A program made the translations under genes and the position numbers. From Vicugna vicugna (taxonomy: Eukaryota), in contig MU058636.1 of the NCBI GenBank assembly GCA_013265495.1, positions 620,001-684,000 of the forward strand: a stretch of DNA of 64,000 nt, read 5' to 3'. The notes beneath the pieces were generated by a model that did not search any database, was not told the origin of the DNA, and worked only from the letters and a program-made list of their open reading frames with translations. This document shows, in pieces, positions 1-12,500 of this stretch (within the stretch, counting starts at the first letter, position 1; each line of letters starts with the position of its first letter).

Positions 1-2960
1 TGAGGCTTTCTTCTTTTTTCCACTTGTTTTTGGCACGTCCACAGTTGCTAACCGAAGCATTTTTATCATGGATGGTTACTTTAAAATCTTTGTCAGATTA
101 TTCCACCATCTCTGTCACCTCAGTATTGGCATCTAAAACATTCACTTTTAGATCTGCCTGGTTGTAGGTATGACAAATGACTTTCAAATGTGGCATTTGG
201 GTATTACGTTATGTGACTCTGCATTTTACGACAGGCTCGCTCCTGCCAGGGAGAGTTAATCCAGATCCCCCTTTGGTCTGCATTGATGCCTGCAGGGTCG
301 GGGTGAGCGTTCCTGCTCTCCACTGACTCTGCAGCGGGTGGGAGAGGGAGGAGAGGGAGGGGTGTGTCCTTGTCGCTACTTAAGGATAAAAGTCCTGATA
401 CTCCATTAGGCCTCTTCTGACACCACCCCAAGGAGAGGGTGGAATGCCTTCCTAGTTCACGGGGCAGGAGATGGAAGCCCATTCTCCCCTGCATCTCCCG
501 ATGGCTCTGCTGGCACCACAGGGGGCCAGAGACCTTAGCAGCTGGCAGGGATGAAGGTCCTCGGTCCCTACTTGGCCTTCTCTATGACCACCCCCGTCGA
601 GGCCCTGGGGCACCTGGCTGCAGCCTCGTGCGGGTGCAAGTCTAGGCTCCCCACTTGGGCTTTGCCAGCACGGGTGGAAATTGAGCCAAAGTTTTTTCTG
701 GAGTGTTTGGCTGGAGCAGAGTGATGGTGGTCTGACAGTTTCTGTCTTGTGAGGCTGCCGCTTCCCGCTCCTTCGGCTGGAGGGAAGAGGCTCTCCCTGG
801 CTTCCTGGCTGCACCCGCGGGCACTTCTTGGTGGCCAGGCTCTTCTGCTCCAAGTCTGGAATCCATGAGCTGAAAGCGAGCTTGAGTTTCTCATACTTCG
901 AGGTTCCTGGTCACCCTTCCTCTCCACCTTTTCAGTGTCTCCTCTGTTTGTTTTACACAAATAACGTCCAGGGGCATCTGTTGTGCTTTTAACAGGAGGA
1001 AGAGAGAAAATACACCTATTCTGTCCGCCTTCCGGGAAGCAGTCTCTACAGACGGGTTTTGGTTTTTTTTTTTTAACCTCTCGAAAAGAGCTGGAACGTG
1101 GCAATGCAGGGCTGGTTTTCAGGAGGGGCCGTTTCTACCTGAGTTGCTGCTTCCAGTGAAAGGACAGTGTCGTGCTGCTGCGAGCGCTGTTTCTTGTTGA
1201 CCTTTCCTCCTAACCTAACCTCGCTGCTCACTGAAGTCGCCACCCCGCTCGCCGGCACCATGGAAAAAGATTCCGTTTGTTTCCATCTCTGCTTCGGGTC
1301 TTCTCAGCGTCCCCAGACCCTGGCCGGAGGCCCCCTGGGCGGTGCTACCCGCCCGCACGGTCGCCACACGCCCATCAGCTGTGCTCTGAGCGGGGATGGC
1401 GGTCGGCAGACAGATCCCACCTAACTTGAAACTGCAGATCTGTTTCTCCCGTCAAATCATTGCCTAATTTGGTCCTGTCACTCTTTGGCCAGTCTCTTCT
1501 TTTTGACAGGAAATCACCCAGTGATTCTCTGTACAGGAGTGAGATTTCTTCCGACACCCACAATGGTGCCCTTACTCCCACTTTCCAAAACCTTGTCTGG
1601 AAGAGAAGAAAATCAAGTGTCCAGTACAAGCCCTTCTTCCCTCCAGTTCCCAGTTTTGATGGTCAGAGGGGACCTGAAACCAGGAGGGACTAGAGGAATC
1701 TTTTTATTTTTGGAATGGAATCTGTACTGAATTAGTTAACCTTGAACCCCTTCGTGCCCTCAGCCAGACTGTCCTCTAACAGCTCCATGCAATCTGAATT
1801 CTTCTCTTAACACAAAACACAATATCCTATCTCTGTAAAGGCCACGGAAGTTGTCATTTTGGGTGTTTTTTTGTTTTGTTTGCTCACAGTGTCATCTAGA
1901 GTTTGGAGGGGACCTTCCTCTTGTGGAAGAGAATTGAAATGATGTCCCCATTCTGTCATTTTAAAGAATTTCTGTGTTAAAAGAGGAGTATCTCTCAGCT
2001 GCTGTTGTAAAACCCACTGTCCTGAGCTTAGTGCTGGGCCGTGTGGACAGATGCAGGGACACTTGCCGCAGGGCCCCCCGGGGGACACGTGTGAGTAGGA
2101 CAGCGAGTCAGTGCCCCGAGCACAGGTGCAGCTCTCTGCCTGTCACCCGTCCCCGCTCTCTGCCAGGTGGCACTGGGAGAAATGGAGAGAGGGTGTGAGC
2201 CCGGAGCCCCGTCAGGACGAGCCCCTGGCTGAACAGGCAGGGCTGGGTCGCTGTCTCTGGGCATCTCCATCCTGGGGCCTCCCTGCCTGCCCTCCGGCGT
2301 CCTGCAGGCCCAAGGGCCTGGGCTGGACCTGCTCCTCTCCCATGATTGGACAGGGTGCAGCTCCAATGCCTAGCCTTCCCAGAGCCTTCCTGAACTTTCT
2401 CCATCTTGTCACCATGCCCCCTCCATGATGGCGCTCATCACCTTGTGCCTTAATGTGTGTCTGCACAGCAAGGCAGCCTCAGACCTGTTAGCTTCCGGGG
2501 AGAGGCTGTGTCTCAGGTCGTGTTTCCAGCGCCAGATGTCACACCCAAGAGGCGCAACACAACCACTGAAGGGACTGGAAGTCGCGTTCTAGAGCTCGAG
2601 GTGTGCAGACGGGCCGGCAGGAGGCGGGTAACTGACTCCACCTGACGGAAGGGAACTTAGGACGGGCGTCCGCCTCCAGGGTGCGCACTCCTCCCACCGG
2701 GGTCTCGGGCTGGGGACCCTTCTGCTTTGCGGTCTTCTTGCTGTTTTCCCTCATTACACACGTGCACTGAACTAAGGTCAGGTGGTTTTGGGGGGATTTT
2801 TGTTGTTGTTTTTTAAGGCTACAAAGGCCTAGGTAGATGGAGAACACAGCTGAGCGCAGAGGTTCTCATGTCCCCGTGTTCGGACTGTAGTGAGTACCGA
2901 GGAGCTACTGCTTGGGGCTGTGAAGTCTTTCCCTAGGGAGCCTTAAGAGTAGGTTAGAAC

Positions 2961-3089
2961 TGGGGGAGGGGAGGGCTCAAATGGTAGAGTGTGTGCTCAG
3001 CGTGCACGAGGTCCTGGGTTCGGTACCTCCACTAAAAACTAAATAGACCTAATTAACCCACCCTCCAAAAACAAACCCTAAAAAAAAAA
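2961..3089 (+). mobile_element. tRNA-derived SINE (camelid-type)
   Basis: A-box-like gctcaaatggtagag, B-box-like ggtcctgggttc, A-rich tail. TSD taggttagaa at 2950-2959 and 3090-3099. Confidence 0.9.
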
Positions 3090-3784
3090 TAGGTTAGAAT
3101 TTCAACAGTCTGCTTGCTCAGCAGATGCCTGGTCGTACCTGAAGGAAAGGGCACTGTGGATTAGCGTTCATCTTGAGGAAACTAAGATTTATGTTTGGAA
3201 GACAGTCCAGCAGGAACTCAAAAGTCAGTGCCTTAGAACACGTGTTTGTGTTTGACTTCATGGTGGTGTCAGTGCAGGTCCCCCCAGCTGTGACGGTCCG
3301 CCAGACCTAGAAGCAGACCTGCCGCCATCTGCTCCCGTCTCCAGGCTGTTCTTCCGCAGTTAGCAGGGGTGACTTTAGCAGGGACAGCCTCCTGACAGAA
3401 ACGTGGGCATGAAAGTTGATTATTGCCCCCAAATCGCACTTTCCAGCTCTCTGCTCTTTCCGGACACCGCACACTCTTTGAGACAGGAGCACCCACGTGC
3501 CCCGGGATGTGCGGCTCCTAGTGGAGCCCGTCGGTCAGGAGCCGTGTGAGATGGGGCTTCAGCCCCGCGCCCGGGGTGGGGGTGGGGGTGGGGGGATTAC
3601 CTGCGCCTTCGTGCGGGCGGACGAGGCCCAGGCGGCTCGCGTGCCCACGCCTGGCCACAGAGAGGTTGAGCAAGCACTCAGCTCCAGCGTCCCCGCCGTG
3701 GGAGAAGGAAACCACGAAGGTGACATCACTGCCCACAGGTCAGGTGATGGGAGGGAATTTCCCTCGATTCAGGACCCCTTCCCT

Positions 3785-5650
3785 TTCTTTTTAAATTGTG
3801 ATGAAATCCACGTAGCGTAAGATTCACCATTTTAAGGGTGCAGTTCCGAGGCACTTAGTGCACTCGCCCTGCTGTGTGGCCATCACCGCTGTCCCATCCC
3901 AGGGCACCTTCCTCTCCCCTCAGGGAACCCTTGTGCTTTCAGCAGTCACTCCCCCCTCCCTCCCCGCCTCCCACCGCACGGGCCCGGCAACCACCGCTGT
4001 TCTGTCTCTGCGTATCTGCCTGCTCCACACTTCATATAAATGAAGCCGTGCAAGACGCAGCCTACTGGGTTCGGCTTGTTCACTCACCACCAGGTTTTCA
4101 GGGTTTTTCCATGTGGTGCCTGTTCCCAGTACTTCATTCTTTTTCATGGCTAAATGATACTCCACTGTATGGACGGACCACACTTTGTTACCCATTCAGC
4201 AGCTGACAGATGTCTGGGTTGCTTCATCCCTCAGTTACTGTGAATAGCGCTGCTGTAGATACTGGTGTGCAAGGATCTGCCTGAGTCCACCCTTGATTCT
4301 CTCGGGTGTAACCGAGGAGTGGAACTGCTGGGTGCAGCAGTAATTCTGTGTTGCACTTAACAGCAGAGCAGGGCCCCCCCAGGAAGGTGCGAGGGCTCCG
4401 GCCTCTCCAGCACACGTTCTGTTTCTGTCTTACTTGCAGCCGTCCTCGGAGGTGTTAAGTGCTGCTTCTCTGTGGCTTTGATTTGCATTTCCCTCGTGAC
4501 TAATGACGTTGCCCTTTCCGTGTGTTCGCTGGCCACTGCGTTTCTTCTCCGGGTGATGATCTGCACAGACCCTTGGCCTGTTTTTGATTTGGTTTGTCTG
4601 CCTTCTTGCTGTTGAGTTGTTGGGATTACTGATATATTCTGGATCCTAGACCCAAGGTGTGTGAGTTGTAAACACTTTCTCTCATTTTGTGGTTCTTTTC
4701 ACTTTCTTGATAATATCTTGATTCATAAAAGGTCTGAATATTGATGAAGTCCAGTTTATCTATTCTTCATTGCCTGTGCTTTGTAAGGAATATTGCCAAA
4801 TTGAAGGCCATTAAGATTTATATAGTTTTAGCCCTTGTACATGGGGCTCTAATCCATGCTGAGCCACTCTGAGTGACTGAAGCTGAGGGCCCGGCCTGGT
4901 TCCTCTGCATGTGGAAGTCCACTTGCTGTGGGGCCTTTGCTGAGCAGACCTCTCTCTTCATGGATGGTCCTGGTGCCCGAGCCAAAGGCCAGCTGACCAC
5001 TCTATGTGGGGTTTCTGCCACACTCTCACCTACACTACGCAGATTCACACGTCCGTCTACCAGTACTGTATTAACTGTAGTTTTACATTAAATCTTGAAA
5101 TCAGAAAGTGTGAGTCCTGTAATTTTGTTGGTTTTTTCCAAGATCGTTTTGGTGATCTGTGGTCCCTGGAAATTCCATACGAATCTCTGGATAAACTTTT
5201 CCCATTTCTGCAAAAAAAAAAAAAATAGGCTGTTGGGATTTTGCCTAATTGCTTTGGTTCGATCTTCCAGTAAACTCACTGAACAGAAGTGGTAAAAGCA
5301 GGCATCCTTGTCTTATTGCTGATCAGAGAGAGCCAGCTTTCAGCCCCTCGGCGCATGCTGTCAGCGGGGGCAGCGTGTTTTGTAAATGCTCTTTGTTGGG
5401 TTGAGGAATTTCCCTTGTCTTAGTTTGCTGAGTATTTTTATTATGAAAGGGTGTCGGGTTTTGTCAAATGGTTTTCACATTAATTCAGATCATTGCTCTC
5501 TTTCCTCTGTTCTGTTACCGTGCTGTGTTATGCTGGTTGATTTTTGTATGTTTAACCACCTTTGCATCCTGGCCTAAATCCCATCTGGTCGTGGTGGGTA
5601 ATCCTTTTATTATACCGCTGAATTCGGTTTGCTCATACTTTGTCAGGAGT
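3785..5650 (-). mobile_element. Old L1 (L1M-type) 3' end and ORF2 fragments
   Basis: Minus-strand translations resemble L1 ORF2 C-terminal/3' sequence (e.g. 'RFVWNFQGPQITKTILEKTNKITGLTLSDFK', 'SLVTREMQIKAT'). Degenerate. Confidence 0.8.
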
Positions 5651-6364
5651 TCCTTTTTTAAGCCAAACTCTTGTGGATCTAATTGTTCTTCCCTGTGCTG
5701 CTTCGTACTCCTTTTTCCTTTACTTCTCACTAACGAATTAACTGGAGTAAATTTCTGATTGCGTTCTCTTCGCCTTTTTTCCTGTCTTTGTGAGTGGATG
5801 GTTTTCAAACGCCACACAGACAGGAGAATGCTGTAAGCTGTGAATGTTGTTCACATCGTCGCCCCTTCCTAGGCTTGAGCTTTGCCAACACGACTGTTCA
5901 TGAGAAATTTTACTAATGTTCATTCACAGCAGTCTTTTCCTCCGTAACATTTCAGCCCTGGAACACAGGCAGAAGTCGACGTTGTAAAAGCTCTGGTGCC
6001 CTTTTCCTCACCCAGAGCTTTGTCAGATCGATTACTATTTTCAGTCTCCAGAAAAGGGTGTTTCTAAAAAGACTTGGGAAGCAGCGGCTCTGTGACTTTG
6101 CTCTGTAGCCACCCTGTATTCCAACAGTCAGGCCAGGGGACTATAAATTAAGGGGTCCAGACAGTCACTGTGGCAGACTCAGTGGACTTGGGGCCACACA
6201 GGAGCGCTGGGTGAAATGGGAAGAGAAAGGCTTCCAGTGCGCAAACGCAGGAGCAGCAGTTAAAAAGGCTCAGGGCTTGATGCGGGGAGGGGTGAGCCCT
6301 CAGCCCCACGTGTGATGGGTCAGAGCCCTCTGCACAAAGCTGCAGACTTTGTAGGGCTATTTTA

Positions 6365-7345
6365 TTTTTTAAATTTTTTTAAAGTATATTTAAGTATAGT
6401 CAGTTTACAATGTTGTATCAATTTCTGGAGTACAGCACAGTACTTCAGTCATAGAGGAACATTCTATTATTCATTTTCATACTCTTTTTAACCATGAGTT
6501 ACTACAAGATATTGAATATAGTTCCCTGTGCTGTGCAATATAAACTTGTTTACCTATTTTATACATAGTAGTCAGTATCTGCAAATCTCAAACTCCCAAG
6601 TCATCCCTTCCCACCCCTCCCCCCACCTAGTAACCGTAAGTTTGTTTTCTGAGTCTGTTTCAATTCTGTAAGTTTGTCTTTTTTTTTAGATTGCACATAT
6701 GTGATATCATATGGTGTTTTTCTCTCTTTGACTTACTTCACTTACAATGACATTCTCCAGGAGCATTCGTGTTGCAGCAAATGGCATTATTTTATACTTT
6801 TTTATGGCTGAGTAGTATTACATTGTATAGATATACCATGACTTTCTCATCCAGTCATCTATCGATGGACATTGAGGTTCCTTCCATGTCTTGGCTGTTG
6901 TAAACAGTGCTGCTGTGAACACTGGGGTGCAGGTGTCTTTTTGAATTAGAGTTCCCTCCAGATTACTGTGCAGGAGTGTGCTTGCCAGATCATAGGCTAA
7001 GTCTATATTTAGTCTATTGAGGAATCTCCATACTGCTTTCCATAGTGGCTGCACCAAACTGCATTCCCACAGTATAGGGGGTTCCCTTTTCTCCACAGCC
7101 TCTCCAGCATTTACTGTTTGTGGACTTTAGAATGACGGCCATTCTGACTGGTGTGAGCTGATACCTCACTGTAGTTTTGATGTACATTTCCCTAATAATC
7201 AGCATACTAGGCATTTTTTCATGTGCCTATTGGCCATCTGTATGTCTTCACTGAAGAATTGCTTGCTTAGGTCTTCTGCCCATTTTTGCATTGTGGTTTT
7301 TTTTTTTTAAGTTGTATGAGATGGTTATGTATTCTGGAGGTTAAG
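6365..7345 (-). mobile_element. 5'-truncated L1 (ORF2 C-terminus + 3' UTR), relatively young
   Basis: ORFs 6818-7096 and 7014-7214 match the L1 ORF2 C-terminus ([35 protein letters not shown]). T-rich tail on +. Imperfect flanking repeat gtaggg..ctatttta. Confidence 0.92.
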
Positions 7346-9619
7346 TAGGGGTGCTATTTTAGTGGCACAGAAACTGGAAAAGTGGTCCTCACTGGACTGA
7401 CAAGGCAGCAGTGACTCATGCTCTGTCCCAGTGGAAACGGGTGGAACACAGAATCACCCACCAGAAACTGGAAGCCCGTGCTCGGGTATGAGGTCCAGTT
7501 TTAGACTCTTCCCAGTGCTCCAGGCACTAAGCTCAGATATGAGGGAAACAGGGCCCTGGCAGAGGCCAAAGAAAGACCATTTAGGAGAACAGCCTGGAGC
7601 TGCGCAGCCAGCCACAGTGCGGTGAGTCGCTGAACCCACAGACACGTGTCAGCTCCCCAAGACCTGGGGTGCAAGGACTGTCTGAAAGGGTCTATAAAAT
7701 ACTGAGGAAAGAGGACCTGGAAATCAAAAAGCCAGAGCGGCACGGAACGTGAGAAGGGGGATTGGGAAGAAAAAGTAAAATGTACAGATATGAAAAGGGT
7801 AGTGCTGAGTGAAACACACTGTTTAGTGTCGTAATAGTTCAGAGAAAGGGAAAGGAAATGGAAGCGTGGGGAGATTCAGGTAGAAATGGATACAACCTCC
7901 CGGGCGAGAAGAGGCAGTGGGACCAAGGCAGGAGTCAAAGTGCTTTTCCTACGTGAAGGTGAACCAACCTTCGAGCATCTGTAGCTTTCCAGGTGTGAGC
8001 AAGACAGAAAAACAAATCCACACCTAGAGTGAGGGTGGTAATGAACGTGCAGAACATCAAAGACAGACAAAATTATAAAAGCACCCAGAAGGAAAAGATG
8101 AACTACCTGCAAAGAACCAGTCCCCTGAGTAGATGATATAAAAGAAAATGAGAAAAAAGTTACCATAAACTAAATGCTACCATTCAGACGTATTTTAAAA
8201 TGTGATCACACGTTGTGGATGCAGAGAAACAGCCCACACGTAGGACGGGAATGAAGACGACTGGGAGACGGGAGAAGACCAGGGTTGGGGAGGAGGGAAG
8301 ACGACTTTGTGTCTGAGGCTTTGTCAGTTCTCACACAGGCCCGCACCTGGCAGCGCAGGACTTGGTACAGGAGCACAAGTGGGGACCACAAGCCCGCAAG
8401 TAGACGTTCTAAGTCAGGCTAACAGATAGCCACATACCATGATGAGCAGACCTGTGCGGAGATGGCAGGGCTCAGTGTGATGCCCAGTTCCTTTGTAGAG
8501 TTAGCTGCACTAGGAGGGGTCTGTGCACGGGTGTGGACATCCCCGTCCCCACATCCCACAGGTCTAGCAGGGTGCACAGTGGCTGGCTGGTGATGAGGGA
8601 GACAGAGCTAATGTGGGGGGGGCTGGCCCTGGATGCCCGCTTGAGGGAATCATTGAGCAGGGCCTTCTACGGTCCCCTGTACTTGGGGTGCAGGGCAGGT
8701 GTGGGCTCTTGGACACATCTCCTTGATCCCAGGGACCCCCTCAGCAAGTGGAGGGGCTGGAGCACAGGGTTAAAGGGCGGCGCTCCCGTGGGCTAATGCT
8801 GAGTGGACAATAGGCACTTGCTGTCCTTGCTTTGACCGTTGCTATGTGCTCAGAGTATTTCATTTTTTTTTGAAAACTACACCTTTCTGTGAGGAACTCA
8901 GACGTCTGTCCAGCACCCACGCCCTCTGTGCTTGGAGGCACTGAGCTTGCTTCCAGCTGCCCAGGAAGAGAACAGGATGTGTGACCCGTGAGGTCACCAG
9001 GAGGGGGCTTCCGGACCTGAACCGGTGGTTGGTCCAGGGGTGACTGAGCAGATGAAGGGCTTGGTGGGGAGCCCAGCCCTGCCCTCCCCTCCACTCCTGG
9101 GGAGCGAGGGCCTTCAACCCACTGGTGTACTGGTGTCCCCTCCCACGGGCTCTGAGCACCGGGCAGTGCCTTCTGTGCAGGCACCGCGGACGGTGCGGCT
9201 TAGACAGGGAGGGCAGCCCCGCATGACACTCCCCACCTCCTGGGAGCTGCGGGCGGTTGGGGGGCCACACGTGGGGTCAGAGCATCTGGTCCTCCCTGCG
9301 GCCCAGGCGGTGGTTCAGCAGGACCCAGGGAGGCTACTGTGGCCCCTGCAGAAAACATACGAGAAGGGAGGGAGAGGCAGGGTGAGGGGGCAGAAGAAAT
9401 GTGTTCCCAGCAGTCATCAAACATCTTCCCCAGGGCTGGCCGAGGCCCAGCCCAGTACGAAATGAACTTCAGCTCGTGTGGAGGGGAGCCGGGCCTTGCT
9501 CCCCTGGCAAAGGCCCTTACGGGAGCGTGAAATGGGCCCTGGTCAGGAGAGACTTGTCCTCGGACAGGGCGTCTGGACCACAGGCCACTGCAGCCCCTCC
9601 AGTTCCCACAAACGGCAGA

Positions 9620-9980
9620 TTAGGGGTGTATTCGTTGCCACAGCAAAAGACCACACACTGTGTGGCTTAAACACCTGTTTCTCTCCCAGCGGTTCCGGAG
9701 GGCCCAAGTCCAAGAGCAGGGCCGGTTCCTCTGAGGCCTCCCCCTCCGCTGGCAGGTGAAAGGCGCAGTCTTCTTTGGTCTTCCCCTGGTCACCCCTCCG
9801 TGTGTGGGTGCACCCTGATCCCCTGGCCTTACTCGGACAACAGTCAAGCTGGATTAAGTCCACGCCGTGCCCTCATTTTAACTGCGTCACCTCTTTAAAG
9901 CCCCCTCTCCTAACACAGCCCCCATTCTGAGGCCCCAGAGGGCTAGGGCTTCCACAGATGAGTTCTGGGGGAGCACAGTC
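9620..9980 (+). mobile_element. MaLR LTR (MLT1-like)
   Basis: Contains ccacacactgtgtggcttaaa, cctctgaggcctc, cctcattttaact and gggcttccaca...ttctgggggagcacagtccagcc, all resembling the MLT1 consensus from recall. Confidence 0.7.
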
Positions 9981-10687
9981 CAGCCGTGGGGCACCGGCAA
10001 GCTCCACACACAGTGTCTGTTTTGGTTGAAGCCAAGTGCCACCCTGACAGGAGATCAAAGCACGTGTGCACCTGGCGCCTCTCAAGCACCCCACCTCTGG
10101 GCAGGGCATAAACCACAGCTGTCCTCCAACGGCCTCTGTGCTTCTGCCCCCAGCAGGGGTACCTCGGAGCGAATCATTTCAGGAGAGGTAGGAAGAACTC
10201 CTAATCCTGGTTGTTCCAAGAAAACTTACCTTGGTTTCACTGTGGTTCACTGTGTAAGGAACCCGTCTCCTCCCGCGGTCCCAGGCAGTGGGGCGCGGCC
10301 TGGCACCGGTTCCTGGCAGCTGCAGGTGGGACGGAGGCTTTTAAGACATTCCCGGGAGAAACAGGCGGCTCCCTGCAGGTGTTCTGCGGAGCTCAGGCTG
10401 GCCTGGTGTGAATGAGCACTTGTGGTCACTCACAAGGCAGGCAGGGTCCAGAGGCACCGGGTCCGGGGATCTGTGTGGGGCCGACTGCTGCCCGCGCAGG
10501 GGTGAGATCACACGTGCTGTAAATAACAGGACGTTTCCTCCAAAAATGTCGTGAAATGGGACGTTTTTCTGGACGTGGGGCAGCCTTTTTCCCCAGTGTG
10601 TTTTACTTTAGGACCTGCAGTTATGCATCGAGCCCCTGGGAGAGGGGTCCATGGGGACAGGGGCTGACCCATTTCATCTGCCCCCAG

Positions 10688-10779
10688 GATGAACGAACGG
10701 GACCGGCTGCTGAAGAGGCTGAGCAGGAAAACGCCGCCCACCCTGTTCCGCGGAGGCTCCCTGCAGCAGTCGGTGCCCC
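10688..10779 (+). CDS. ATP8A2: ATP8A2 (P4-ATPase phospholipid flippase) penultimate coding exon, 92 bp
   Basis: Acceptor cccccag|G at 10687/8 and donor C|gtgagt at 10779/80. Translates (R)[30 protein letters not shown], matching the ATP8A2 C-terminal tail. Its phase (one leftover C) joins the next exon in frame. Not in the ORF track in this frame. Confidence 0.95.
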
Positions 10780-12390
10780 GTGAGTAGGCGCCCCGGGGGC
10801 GGGATGGGAGGAGGGCTGGGCGGTGGGCCTGGTCAGAGGCGCCAGCGCAGGTCATCCCCGGGACCCAGACTTCAAATCCTGATGTGGTTTAAGATCCTCC
10901 CATCAGCCAGTGGGATTCTAAGACTGACGTGATGTTACTTTTAAAGGGTTCCCCCCAATTCGCACATTGATTAAAACAAGGACAATCACTGACAATCCCC
11001 ACCCCTCTGCAGCTGGAGGCCAGGCCTGGTTTCTGCCCAGCAGGGCTGTGTGGGGTGCACGGGAGCCCGGCGGGAGGCCATGAGCGAGGGGCATGGAGCT
11101 GGGACAGGTTGGTGGGGCTTACCTGCCAACCCAGACACTGTGCCGCCAGCCGAGGGCAGCACTGGCCCAGTACAGGTGCCCTCGTGCAGGCGGCCTCCCT
11201 TCCCCAGGGCTGAATCCCACCTCCCCCTCCAGCCCCCACTCACTCCCCCTCTGACACCACACAGGCATCACTTTGACCGATGCCCACTTCTTCCCCTTCG
11301 CCTCTGAGGCGTTGAGAAGGAAGAACGGGAGGAAAAGTGAGGACTGCTTGCACCCGGAAGACAGGTGTTGGAGGGTTCCTGCCGAGCCCGCAGAGCTCCA
11401 CCTGTGAACAGGTCTTCACAGACCTGGGCAGAGAGAGGAGGGAAGGGGGCATCATCAGCATCCGTGGTCCCCTCCCCGCAGCCCCACATGCCTCATCCAC
11501 GCAGGAGGAAGGGGGCTGAGGCCACCTTGGCGGGGCCCACAAGCTCCGCGTCTGTGAGGCTTCTCCGCCCAGGACGCCTGGCAGGGCCTAAGGGCAGTGC
11601 GTCACTGGCCCAGGGCAGCCCAGAGCTCAGGTTCCTGGCCACGGCCTCCGGGCCCCCCACCTCCCTGGAGCTGGGCTGCCTGCAGTCCTGTCCCAGCACT
11701 GCCACTTTTCTGTGACTTTCGGTAAGTTAACCCGTTTCTATTCCTGTAAAATGGAGCGGACATGCGCACGCACCTGGCATTACTGGGAGGATTAACGGAG
11801 GCTGCTGTATAAATGAGCGCCTGCGGTAGAAGCCCAATAAACATTAGGTATTACTTTTTTTTTCCTGCCACTAGTTGAGGAAATCTGAGCCACTTACCTA
11901 TTCCCCTAAACTTGTTTTCTTCTCTGAGAAAATACCAGAATAACTTACCTCTTATACAGCCCGTGAGGCTTCACGACGGAGCGGGGGGAGCAGGCAGAGG
12001 AGGAGTGCTGAGCCCCTAAAAGCGGTGTTCATGCCGCGGAGCCTCCAGCCTCAAAGAATGAACCACCAAAGTGGAGACTTGGGAGGACTTTTGTGGGAGC
12101 ATCATAAAGGGTCTTAAAACAACCACTAAACGTTCTCCAGACTCTGTTTTGAAGGACAAAAAATTTCTAATGAACAAGAGCTATACAAGAAAGCGGCTTA
12201 AAATCACACATTTTAAAGACACTCAGCAACTAGTGATGAGAGCCTGCTGGGCCCCAGGGCGTCTGTCCCTGACCCACAGGGCGAGGAGGCGCTCCGAGAC
12301 CGGGCCTCTGTCTTCCCAGGAACCTCATCTCCGAGCACCCGTCGCTCCCAGGGGCCGCCACACCGGTGTCTGTGACCGACCCCGCGCGTC

Positions 12391-12500
12391 CCACACAGCC
12401 GAATCTCCTTGTCCCCACCACACAGCCGAATCTCCTTATTGTCCCCACCACACAGCCGAATCTCCTTATTGTCCCCACCACACAGCCGAATCTCCTTGTC
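12391..12500. repeat. Minisatellite, 27-30 bp unit ccacacagccgaatctcctt(att)gtcccca, ~3.8 copies
   Basis: Read directly. Lies in the last ATP8A2 intron. Confidence 0.95.

Noticed and set aside
1..10687. Additional ATP8A2 exons
   Set aside because: No translation resembling P4-ATPase TM or tail sequence was found, so the region is treated as intron.
12391..12500. CRISPR-like appearance of ~30-bp repeats
   Set aside because: Head-to-tail units with no unique spacers, no cas genes, and a eukaryotic intron context.
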